Positions 47,804 to 55,098 of a stretch of 61,749 bases of DNA are shown here, in pieces. The position numbers and the translations under genes were made by a program. Below the pieces are notes generated by a model. It was not told where the DNA came from. It saw only the letters and a program-made list of their open reading frames with translations, and searched no databases. The first letter of the stretch is position 1. The number at the start of each line of letters is the position of its first letter. The stretch is from Candidatus Falkowbacteria bacterium (GTDB lineage Bacteria > Patescibacteriota > Patescibacteriia > Patescibacteriales > UBA12465): assembly GCA_009995495.1 (NCBI GenBank), contig JAACPL010000005.1:1-61749 (forward strand), in the 5' to 3' direction.

Positions 47804-47880
47804 AGCAACAAGAAAGAACAAAAGCAACAAGAAAGAACAAAAGCAACAAGAAAGAAAAAAAGCAACAAGAAAGAAAAAAA
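47804..47880. repeat. 4 x 19-20-bp tandem repeat upstream of the Cys-rich gene
   Basis: AGCAACAAGAAAGAACAAA twice, then AGCAACAAGAAAGAAAAAA(A) twice. The proximal unit supplies a -35-like TTGTTG, 17 nt from the extended -10 TGTTATAAT (47783..47791). Confidence 0.85.
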
Positions 47881-47925
47881 GATGCTCTTACAAGCATCTT
47901 TTAACGATGCTCTTACAAGCATCTT
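47881..47925 (-). terminator. duplicated terminator hairpin after the FISUMP gene
   Basis: GATGCTCTTACAAGCATC occurs twice (47881..47898 and 47906..47923). On the minus strand the second copy is followed by a T-run. Confidence 0.65.
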
Positions 47926-49296
47926 TTAGTAATTTTTAATTACCCTAACGGATAAACCATTATTTAATCCTGTTATAGGTAATTTTGCTATTCGATTTGA
48001 AATGCCAAGATACTCAGCTCCTGGACCGAATTTAGAACTAGACCAAAAACAAGCCCAATTTCCTAATTCAGTAAAAAAATAATCATCATGATTTTCCGCT
48101 TGATTAGGAATACTGAAAGCTCCCCCCGGACGTGCAGAAAAGCCAGAGGAATTAAAAAGTGATTCTGGGTGTGGCGGGACGTTTTCCCAAAGTTCAGGCT
48201 GCCAAGTCCAAAAACTTTTTTCAATTAAAGCCGGCATATAATAACCGCGGTACATTGAATATAACTCATCACATTCCTCAAAAGTAGGAACATGCCAGCC
48301 GGGAATAAGCTCGCGCTCATCAACGCCGACATAGAAATTATAAAGAGCACCGTAGTCCTCAGCATAACTTTCATCGTTATTATACCAGACATAAGCTCCC
48401 TCTTTCGTCTCCGACCAAGCTTTTTTATCCTTGACATTCGGAATTGGATCACCATTAGCGTAATGAGTAGTTTTTAAATTACTAGTGAGCCAAATTTGAT
48501 TACCAATTTTGACTTGTTTATAGAGATTGCCATCATAATCAGCAACCACGTAAGTCTCAAAAGATTTTTCCACACTCACGGTTTCACGTCCAGGATTAAT
48601 TGCCTTAAGACGGAAATAATATTGTTCTGCTGGATTTAATTTATTAACCTCAACAGAAACACGGACAGTATCATAACCGGAAAACTTTCCTGTTACTGGT
48701 ATTTGAGAAAATACCACGCTATTCTTAGCAGGCGCGAACTCAAATACAAGCTCAGTCTCATCTTCCCTGGGAACCACGAATGCTACTAAGGTGGCTGAAG
48801 TCAGGGTTATATTCTCTGCTTCGCCAGGCCAAGCTTCTGCATATTTATATATGCGGGGAGATAAGTAGAAGATTTTCTCTTCGCCATAAGCAACGCCAAT
48901 TTTATTAACAGCATAAGCTTTAAAGCGATAAACAATCCCTAACTCAAGATCACTGAACTGAGCACTAAAAGCTCCAAGCTCGTTCTTAGTTATATCAAAT
49001 ATAACCTTTTCACCTCCAATATTTGGGGAGCTACTATTACTACTCCAGCAAATTCCCGCTTCTACAAGTGGGGCTCCGCCATTATCTTTAATAAAGGCAG
49101 AAACTTCTACGATTACCGGTGACGCAGAACTAATTGCGCTCACAGTATTCGTTATTATCGTTGGGGTAACAATAGGGGGGATCTCCTCTGGTATCAGAGG
49201 ATCTTCGCAGCAAGATAAAAACATGCTGCCAAAAATTACAACGACGAAAGCCACATAGGCTCTCAAGCCGTTTAAGTCAATTGTTGCTTTCATCAA
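47926..49296 (-). CDS. lipoprotein with Ig/Fn3-like repeats and C-terminal FISUMP (Fibrobacter succinogenes major paralogous) domain
   Basis: 456 aa. Lipobox MFLSC. C-terminal DGNLYKQVKIGNQIWLTSNLKTTHYANGDPIP...GALYNFY...PGWHVPTFEECDEL matches the TIGR02145-type domain. Confidence 0.7.
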   Translation of the reverse strand: MMKATIDLNGLRAYVAFVVVIFGSMFLSCCEDPLIPEEIPPIVTPTIITNTVSAISSASPVIVEVSAFIKDNGGAPLVEAGICWSSNSSSPNIGGEKVIFDITKNELGAFSAQFSDLELGIVYRFKAYAVNKIGVAYGEEKIFYLSPRIYKYAEAWPGEAENITLTSATLVAFVVPREDETELVFEFAPAKNSVVFSQIPVTGKFSGYDTVRVSVEVNKLNPAEQYYFRLKAINPGRETVSVEKSFETYVVADYDGNLYKQVKIGNQIWLTSNLKTTHYANGDPIPNVKDKKAWSETKEGAYVWYNNDESYAEDYGALYNFYVGVDERELIPGWHVPTFEECDELYSMYRGYYMPALIEKSFWTWQPELWENVPPHPESLFNSSGFSARPGGAFSIPNQAENHDDYFFTELGNWACFWSSSKFGPGAEYLGISNRIAKLPITGLNNGLSVRVIKNY

Positions 49297-49387
49297 GTTT
49301 TTTTGTTTTTTTTATTGTTTTTAAAGTACAATATGTAATATATATATTAGAGCATATTACTTTTAAAAAGTCAATTGTAACGCGGTG

Positions 49388-50258
49388 AATTCTGACCCCA
49401 AGTGCAACATAGCCTAAATAACTGGCTAAAACAAAACATATTGGTCGGTGTATAATAATTAAGCCAATAATTATATAACCTAAGCCAATATGTCTTATTC
49501 CCATTTTAAACCATTTCAGCGAAATGAGATATCCGTTTTGTTGAGCGCTAAAGTGCCAAAAAAAGAAATTGCCAAAAAATAAGAAGCTACACCTCGGTAA
49601 AGATTCAATCTACGACTTCATTTACACAACTCATCCTGAGCTAGTTAAATATTTGCGCCACCAAAAATGTAAATACCGCCGCAAACACGGCACCATTATT
49701 CGCATTAAACGCCGTGAAGAGGCCAAGAAGAAACGAATTGATGCTAGGCCAGTAGTAATTGATCTTCGATCTAGAATTGGTGACTGGGAAGGCGATACTA
49801 TTGTGGGCAAAGAAAAAGTGAAACAACTTCTGACCCATGTAGAACGTCGCAGTGGTTATTTGTTACTCGACAAACTCGAAAAATCCACCGCTAAAGAAAC
49901 AAGACTAGTCACTGAAAATCGATTTAAAAAAATACCGAACCACAAAAAATATTTCATAACTTACGACAACGGATTTACTTTTTCTGATTACGAACTGACC
50001 GAACGACATCTGAATCTAGATATTTATTTTGCCTATCCCCATCACTCTTGGGAACGTGGGACTAACGAAAACTGTAACGGCTTAATCAGGCAGTTCTTTC
50101 CTAAAAAATCTGCTTTTGCTAATCTTAATTTAGAGGATTTAAAAAGAGTCGAAGATTTACTCAATCATCGACCCAGAAAAAGACTTAAATATTTAACACC
50201 GACCGAAGTATTTAATTCTGTTTAGTTATCTGGCGATGTTGCACTTTGGATTAGAATT
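49388..50258 (+). mobile_element. decayed IS30-family insertion sequence (~0.87 kb, internally deleted)
   Basis: Imperfect ~34-bp terminal inverted repeats: AATTCTGACCCCAAGTGCAACATAGCCTAAATAA (49388..49421) against the reverse complement of 50226..50258, AATTCTAATCCAAAGTGCAACATCGCCAGATAA. They enclose a DDE transposase remnant. Confidence 0.65.
49490..50225 (+). pseudogene. IS30-family transposase remnant (frameshift in an A-run, HTH region largely deleted)
   Basis: 49490..49582 encodes MSYSHFKPFQRNEISVLLSAKVPKKEIAKK-stop (an HTH fragment). The frame then shifts at GCCAAAAAATAAG into 49569..50225, which carries GDWEGDTI...YDNGFTF...HSWERGTNENCNGLIRQFFPK (the IS30 DDE core). Confidence 0.7.
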
Positions 50259-50328
50259 TAAGGGATAATAAAACTCAAGCTAGTTAAAAAGCCACCTTAA
50301 TAGGCAACCTTTAAAAATGAATAATTTT

Positions 50329-50499
50329 TTACGCAGTTTTATTTTTGAAAATTTTTCTAATAAATGCTGTAATAGATTGAATAACTTTTATAAAAGCCTC
50401 ATTTTTAGCTTTTTGCATATTTTCAAAATCTTCTGGAGACAAATACCTTGCCAATTTAGCTTCGTTTAAATTTTCCAATTCATCCGGATGAGTAAACAT
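50329..50499 (-). CDS. small hypothetical protein (56 aa)
   Basis: My own translation gives MFTHPDELENLNEAKLARYLSPEDFENMQKAKNEAFIKVIQSITAFIRKIFKNKTA. A strong SD AGGAGG lies 5 nt upstream of the ATG. Too short to appear in the ORF track. Confidence 0.4.
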   Translation of the reverse strand: MFTHPDELENLNEAKLARYLSPEDFENMQKAKNEAFIKVIQSITAFIRKIFKNKTA

Positions 50500-50588
50500 C
50501 TAATCCTCCTTTCTTTTTAAGATTAATATATGTAATTATATCAATTTTTAATAACAAAGTAAACAATGTGGGCCCTGCAATCAACACT

Positions 50589-51098
50589 CTACCTATCATA
50601 AATCTCCCTAAGCTTCTTAAGGCCCCTATGAACTTGGACGGCGAGAGTTTTTTTCGATTCTCCAGTTACAAGAGACATTTCCTGAAGCGAAAGATCCTGA
50701 ACATAGCGCATCCGCATTATTTTTTGGTATTTTTCTGGTAATTGGGAAATCAGAAGAATTGCCCGCTTACCATCTAAAAAATCAATTAAACGTTGGGAAT
50801 TATCCTCTCTTGGCTCAAAACCTTTTTCCATTAAAATATCCAAAGAACTTGATTTGCTCTTCCTATATTCATCAATAATAAGTCCCTTTAAGACATGATA
50901 AAGAAAGTTTTTCATCACATCAATTTTCCCCCCCTTAAGGAGATAAGTCCAAGTTTTTCTAAAAGTGTCCTGAACGAGATCTTCGCTAATCGCCCTATTA
51001 CTCACCCTGAAAAACGCATAAGAATTAAGCTTTTTGCCGTAATTTTCGTGTGCCACAGATAATATTTCCTGCTTTTTTGTCTCTTTTTTCTGCGTCAT
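50589..51098 (-). CDS. ECF-type sigma-70 family RNA polymerase sigma factor
   Basis: Region 2 (EDLVQDTFRKTW) and region 4 HTH (LSLQEMSLVTGESKKTLAVQVHRGLKKLR). ATG at 51098; the track ORF starts at TTG 51113. Confidence 0.8.
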   Translation of the reverse strand: MTQKKETKKQEILSVAHENYGKKLNSYAFFRVSNRAISEDLVQDTFRKTWTYLLKGGKIDVMKNFLYHVLKGLIIDEYRKSKSSSLDILMEKGFEPREDNSQRLIDFLDGKRAILLISQLPEKYQKIMRMRYVQDLSLQEMSLVTGESKKTLAVQVHRGLKKLREIYDR

Positions 51099-51393
51099 AG
51101 TTTTAGTCTGCAATAATAAGCCGAGGGCGACTCCTTTATATTACATAATTATTACAGCGCTAGATATTAAAATTGATTCTCGTCTATATCCTAAGAAGAA
51201 AGTAATGATTTTTAGCAAAACTAATTACAAAAAAATATTACGAATCAATTTCTAAAAGAACAAAATACCGGCCTTATATTATAGCCTATTTTAATTATAT
51301 GGCTAGTATATAGCTGAGTGTAATAATTTTGCTCAAGCAACGGCACAATTAACGAGAATAAAAAAAACTATTAATTAATTTAAAAATAAAAAT

Positions 51394-52134
51394 ATGAAAA
51401 AATTATTTTTCCTAGGGACACTTGCAATAATGATTGTTCTTGGCATGTCTTCCTTGCCAAATTTTACTAAAGCTAATAATTTAGACTCAAAGTTAAGTGG
51501 CCGAGTTTTATTGGCAGTAGAATCAAATGGAGAAACCTGGTATGTAAATCCAGTAAATCAAAAACGTTATCCTCTTAAAGAATCTTCTGATGTTTTAAGT
51601 ATTATGAAAGAATTAGGATTAGGTATATCTAATAACGATTTTGATTCTTTTAATGGTAAAGCTCCTCTTAGACTCTCGGGAAGAATTTTACTTAAAGTTC
51701 AAGGATTAGGGGAAGCTTATTATGTCAATCCCGTTGATTTAAAAATGCATTATCTCAGCAGACCATATCAGGGTTTAAAATTGATGCAGAGTTTAAGCTT
51801 AGGGATAACTAATATGAATTTAGCTAAAATTTCTGTTTCTAATTATGAAAATGTTAGCATGATTAATTCTGACAATGTTAATATTATTGATTCCGGCAAT
51901 GTTAGTATTATTAATTCCGGTTTTGATCCAATTAATTTAACCGTAAACAAGGGCGCTACTATTACTTGGACAAATTACACGAACTCCGCGAAGACAGTTA
52001 TCTCGCCTAATAATTTTAGCTTTGGCGAAATAGCTACCGGCAGAACCTACGACAGTGTATTTAACACTGTTGGAACCTATCATTACTATTCTAGCGATAA
52101 TACTGGGTTAACTGGTACTATTATTGTTAAATAG
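51394..52134 (+). CDS. secreted protein: two ~50-aa repeats plus C-terminal cupredoxin-like domain lacking Cu ligands
   Basis: 246 aa with a signal peptide. Repeats LSGRVLLAVESNGETWYVNPV... and LSGRILLKVQGLGEAYYVNPV.... The C-terminus GTYHYYSSDNTGLTGTIIV corresponds to the canonical GTYxYxCxxHxxMxGxIxV. Confidence 0.5.
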   Translation: MKKLFFLGTLAIMIVLGMSSLPNFTKANNLDSKLSGRVLLAVESNGETWYVNPVNQKRYPLKESSDVLSIMKELGLGISNNDFDSFNGKAPLRLSGRILLKVQGLGEAYYVNPVDLKMHYLSRPYQGLKLMQSLSLGITNMNLAKISVSNYENVSMINSDNVNIIDSGNVSIINSGFDPINLTVNKGATITWTNYTNSAKTVISPNNFSFGEIATGRTYDSVFNTVGTYHYYSSDNTGLTGTIIVK

Positions 52135-52140
52135 AGACTT

Positions 52141-52176
52141 AACAATCGCCTTGAAGTACTTCAAGGCGATTGTTTT
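52141..52176 (+). terminator. intrinsic terminator
   Basis: Perfect 16-17-bp stem AACAATCGCCTTGAAGT/ACTTCAAGGCGATTGTT followed by TT. Confidence 0.65.
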
Positions 52177-52408
52177 GCACTAAGTGCCTTGACCGAAGAT
52201 ACTGTTGCTGTAATACTATTACTATAATAATAACTAATACAACCAGCTATCTCAATTAAAAAATTATGAAAAAAACTACAAAAAATCCAATAAAAAAAGA
52301 GCTTTCAATAAAAAAAATAAAGATGTTTCTTATGAAAATTTTTTTGAACGTTCTTGGGAAGATAGTTGGATCTATATCAAAACCGTAGTTGACGTAGTTA
52401 GAGAGCCG

Positions 52409-52864
52409 GTGCTTATTCTTGATAAAGACTTTCGTGTTTTAACAGCTAACACTCCTTTTTATAATAATTTTCAAGTTGAGCCAAAAGATACCGAAAATAA
52501 AATTGTCTATAAACTTGGCAATGGTCAATGGAATATTCCAGATTTAAAAAGATTACTTGAAAATATTTTACCAAAAAATACATTTTTTAAAGGTTTTGAA
52601 GTTGCTCATAATTTTCCCATTATTGGACGCAAGGTTATGATTTTAAATGCTCGTCAAATTCATTTTAACAAAGAGGATTTAGAAGCACAAAAATTTCCTT
52701 CAATTATTTTACTAGCAATAGAAGACATAACGGAAATGATACAAATTGCCGATACTTTAGCCAGTCATACTTTTAAGCTTGAAGAAAAATTTACTTCCCA
52801 AACAAAAAAACTCGAAAAATATATGAAAAAATTGGAAAAAGAAATAAATGGTCTTAAAAAATAA
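52409..52864 (+). CDS. stand-alone PAS (PAS_10-like) domain protein with C-terminal coiled coil; 5' end apparently frameshifted
   Basis: ILDKDFRVLTANTPFYNNFQV...LGNGQWNIPDLKRLLENILPKNTFFKGFEV resembles the PAS domain of CheB/CheR fusion proteins. The frame is open from 52238 but has no start codon there. The ATG at 52266 is in another frame. Confidence 0.6.
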   Translation: MLILDKDFRVLTANTPFYNNFQVEPKDTENKIVYKLGNGQWNIPDLKRLLENILPKNTFFKGFEVAHNFPIIGRKVMILNARQIHFNKEDLEAQKFPSIILLAIEDITEMIQIADTLASHTFKLEEKFTSQTKKLEKYMKKLEKEINGLKK

Positions 52865-52888
52865 TTTAATAATCTAATAAAAAAATAT

Positions 52889-53242
52889 ATGGATGCATCC
52901 AATTCACCAACAACTAAGCCTTTATATCTTGGCACGCAAATTACTTGGTATATTCTTGGAGTTATTGAGACGCTTCTCGCGCTTCGTTTTCTTTTAAAAT
53001 TATTAGCCGCCAATCCTTCAGCTGGTTTCAGTAATTTTATTTATACTCTTAGCTACCCTTTTGCCGCTCCCTTTCTTAATGTGTTTGCGAGTTCAAGAAT
53101 TGAATGAAGCGTCTTTGAATGGACTACGATTTTCGCGATGTTAATATATGCTCTTGTCGCCTGGGGAATAGTTAAAATATTTTTCATGAGTAAAACTGTG
53201 TCCACTCGCGAAGCGGCTACAAAATTAAATGAAGAAGAGTAA
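52889..53242 (+). pseudogene. YggT-like small membrane protein interrupted by an in-frame TGA
   Basis: ...LRFLLKLLAANPSAGFSNFIYTLSYPFAAPFLNVFASSRIE-TGA(53105..53107)-SVFEWTTIFAMLIYALVAWGIVKIFFM...EEE-TAA. Both halves appear to form one two-TM domain. Confidence 0.5.
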
Positions 53243-53272
53243 AATATAATTAATTAACTTAACAATAAATAT

Positions 53273-53527
53273 ATGGGAATCATTCTTTGGATAATATTTG
53301 GCGGCTTAGTCGGTTGGATTGCTTCTATGATTATGAAAACTAACGCCCAGCAAGGCATTATCTTAAATATTGTCGTTGGAATTGTTGGCGCTGTCCTTGG
53401 CGGCTGGATAATGAGTCTACTTGGTGAGGGCGGAGTTGGTGGTTTTAATCTTTATAGTTTTCTTGTCGCCTTAGGCGGAGCGATAGTTCTTATCTGGATC
53501 GTCAGACTAATTAAGGGTAGTAAATAA
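53273..53527 (+). CDS. GlsB/YeaQ/YmgE-family stress membrane protein
   Basis: 84 aa. MGIILWIIFGGLVGWIASMIM...NIVVGIVGAVLGGWI. Confidence 0.8.
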   Translation: MGIILWIIFGGLVGWIASMIMKTNAQQGIILNIVVGIVGAVLGGWIMSLLGEGGVGGFNLYSFLVALGGAIVLIWIVRLIKGSK

Positions 53528-53538
53528 GATCGAATTTC

Positions 53539-54168
53539 TTATTCAATAACAATTTGATAATCTTTAAGCATACCAGATACTATCAGGTTAATTACTTTAG
53601 CTGAATCTTCCCTAGCCTCATTAAAAATGCTCTCATCAGCCGTTACTTGACTATTAGCACTAGAAATTAAAGTTTCGAGGGCTAAATTATAATCCTCATT
53701 ATTAGTATTTTTCAAAAGGCTTTTTAATTTTTCCGCAATTGATTTATCGGCAACAATATCAAGTTGTCCAGAAAGAGATGAATCTAAAATATCAGCATGT
53801 GGTAAACTAATTGTAACAATCTTTTTTTGAGAATCAACTACAATATTTTCGGGACGCATATTTTTCATATCAACTCCGACATCAACTCGAATAAGCCCAA
53901 GGACAGTCAGCTTCTTGCCGGTAAATAAATCAGTCCAATCGTTATTTTTTGGCGTCTCAATTTCAACCTTACTATTTATAAACACGGTTTTAGTAACTAA
54001 AAAATATTGATCAGTAATCCGCTCTAAAATACCCTGGGAATTAACAATTGAAGGCCTATCTTCAAGTAAGGCCACGGTTTTACCCTGATAGCGACCATAA
54101 AAAAAGACGGCTATTATAATTAAAAAGATAATAACGACAAATAACAAAGTAAATTTAGTACGATTCAT
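53539..54168 (-). CDS. DUF4230-like membrane-anchored protein
   Basis: 209 aa. N-terminal TM, then LVTKTVF...GLIRVDVGVDM...KIVTISLPHADILD. Confidence 0.55.
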   Translation of the reverse strand: MNRTKFTLLFVVIIFLIIIAVFFYGRYQGKTVALLEDRPSIVNSQGILERITDQYFLVTKTVFINSKVEIETPKNNDWTDLFTGKKLTVLGLIRVDVGVDMKNMRPENIVVDSQKKIVTISLPHADILDSSLSGQLDIVADKSIAEKLKSLLKNTNNEDYNLALETLISSANSQVTADESIFNEAREDSAKVINLIVSGMLKDYQIVIE

Positions 54169-54248
54169 TTAGATAAATATTAGATTAATAATATATTATT
54201 TATAACATGAAATTAGAAAAAAATCGAGCTAAAAAACTTTATATTTTT

Positions 54249-54659
54249 TTATAAGTTTCCTTTTTTAGTTTTCTTAGATTCTTTTTTTGCCGTCTCGGTT
54301 TTCTTGGCTTTTGCAGAACGACTAATAGCCTCCCAGTCTTTTTTCAAATCATCGGCCAAAGCTTTTACTTCTTCCGGATTAGACTTGAGCTCTTTTTCAT
54401 ATTTAAGAGCCACAGCGTCAATAATTTTATTATAAGCAACTTCAGTAATCTCACGAGCTTGCTCAATTTTTTCCACTACATCGCCCTTCATTTTAATAAC
54501 CCAAGATTTAGCGTTTTCTAAGTTTTTCTTATGTTTAGGGCTTAAAAAGAAATAAGCGGCTGCTAAGCCGCCTAAACTAGCGCCAAAAATCAATAATTTC
54601 ATCGCCCCCGACTTTTCATCACCCTCATTTATATTTTTTTTCATAGTTTTGGTAAACAT
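54249..54659 (-). CDS. YtxH-like general stress protein
   Basis: One TM (LLIFGASLGGLAAAYFFLSP) then a long charged helix. The start is ambiguous (ATG at 54659 or 54644; the track gives 54689). Confidence 0.55.
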   Translation of the reverse strand: MFTKTMKKNINEGDEKSGAMKLLIFGASLGGLAAAYFFLSPKHKKNLENAKSWVIKMKGDVVEKIEQAREITEVAYNKIIDAVALKYEKELKSNPEEVKALADDLKKDWEAISRSAKAKKTETAKKESKKTKKGNL

Positions 54660-54666
54660 TAAAATA

Positions 54667-54801
54667 TTATTTACCTGCTTGTTTTTCACGATCTCTAGCT
54701 GCCATTCTTTTAGCTTCAGCTGATTTTCGTTCTAACTCTAAAGCTTCCTTGTCCTTTCCATTTTCATTTCCATTGTTTTGTTTTGCGTTTTGATTATCCA
54801 T
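54667..54801 (-). CDS. possible small Lys/Glu-rich protein (44 aa)
   Basis: My own translation gives MDNQNAKQNNGNENGKDKEALELERKSAEAKRMAARDREKQAGK. Low complexity, so this is weak. Confidence 0.25.
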   Translation of the reverse strand: MDNQNAKQNNGNENGKDKEALELERKSAEAKRMAARDREKQAGK

Positions 54802-55026
54802 ATTATTAATATTAGTAAATTAGCTTTTAATAACCCCACAGAGGTGTACAGACATCTCGGCGGGGGTGCGAAGCGTCTGCACTCATAGGGTTTACCCTCA
54901 TAACAATCTTCTTATATATTGCTGAGAGTATATCTTTATGAGCATTTTATAGAGTAGGCTAATATAGCCACCACATAAACGCCCTACATTATTTAAGCCG
55001 TATAATTATCTAAATTATTACAAAAA

Positions 55027-55047
55027 AACATCTAAATTTTAGATGTT
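55027..55047. terminator. bidirectional intrinsic terminator after the 810-aa gene
   Basis: AAAAAAACATCTAAA-tttt-AGATGTTTTTT. Confidence 0.7.
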
Positions 55048-55098
55048 TTTTCTAAGATATTTGAAATAAATTAAATCTTTTTTTGACTCATTAATAAG

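Noticed and set aside
47804-47880. Possible CRISPR array
   Set aside because: The units are directly adjacent with no spacers, only 19-20 bp long and purine-rich. There are no cas genes in the window.
46642-47922. Long N-terminal extension of the Cys-rich protein ORF (MLVRASLKDACKSIFFSFLLLFFF...)
   Set aside because: The extension is a translation of the duplicated terminator hairpins and the 19-bp tandem repeats. A promoter (TTGTTG-17-TGTTATAAT) lies inside it. A proper signal-anchor start exists at ATG 47754.
46642-49296. Diversity-generating retroelement targeting the Cys-rich or FISUMP proteins (DGRs are common in CPR)
   Set aside because: There is no reverse transcriptase gene in the window, and I could not find a template/variable repeat pair with A-specific mismatches.
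49277-49504. 75-aa minus-strand ORF
   Set aside because: It spans the FISUMP gene start, its promoter and the left inverted repeat of the IS30 remnant. It has no SD and no coding-like composition.
53105-53160. Selenocysteine insertion at the YggT TGA
   Set aside because: There is no convincing SECIS-like stem-loop within ~30 nt downstream and no sel genes in the window. It is kept only as a low-probability alternative in the finding.
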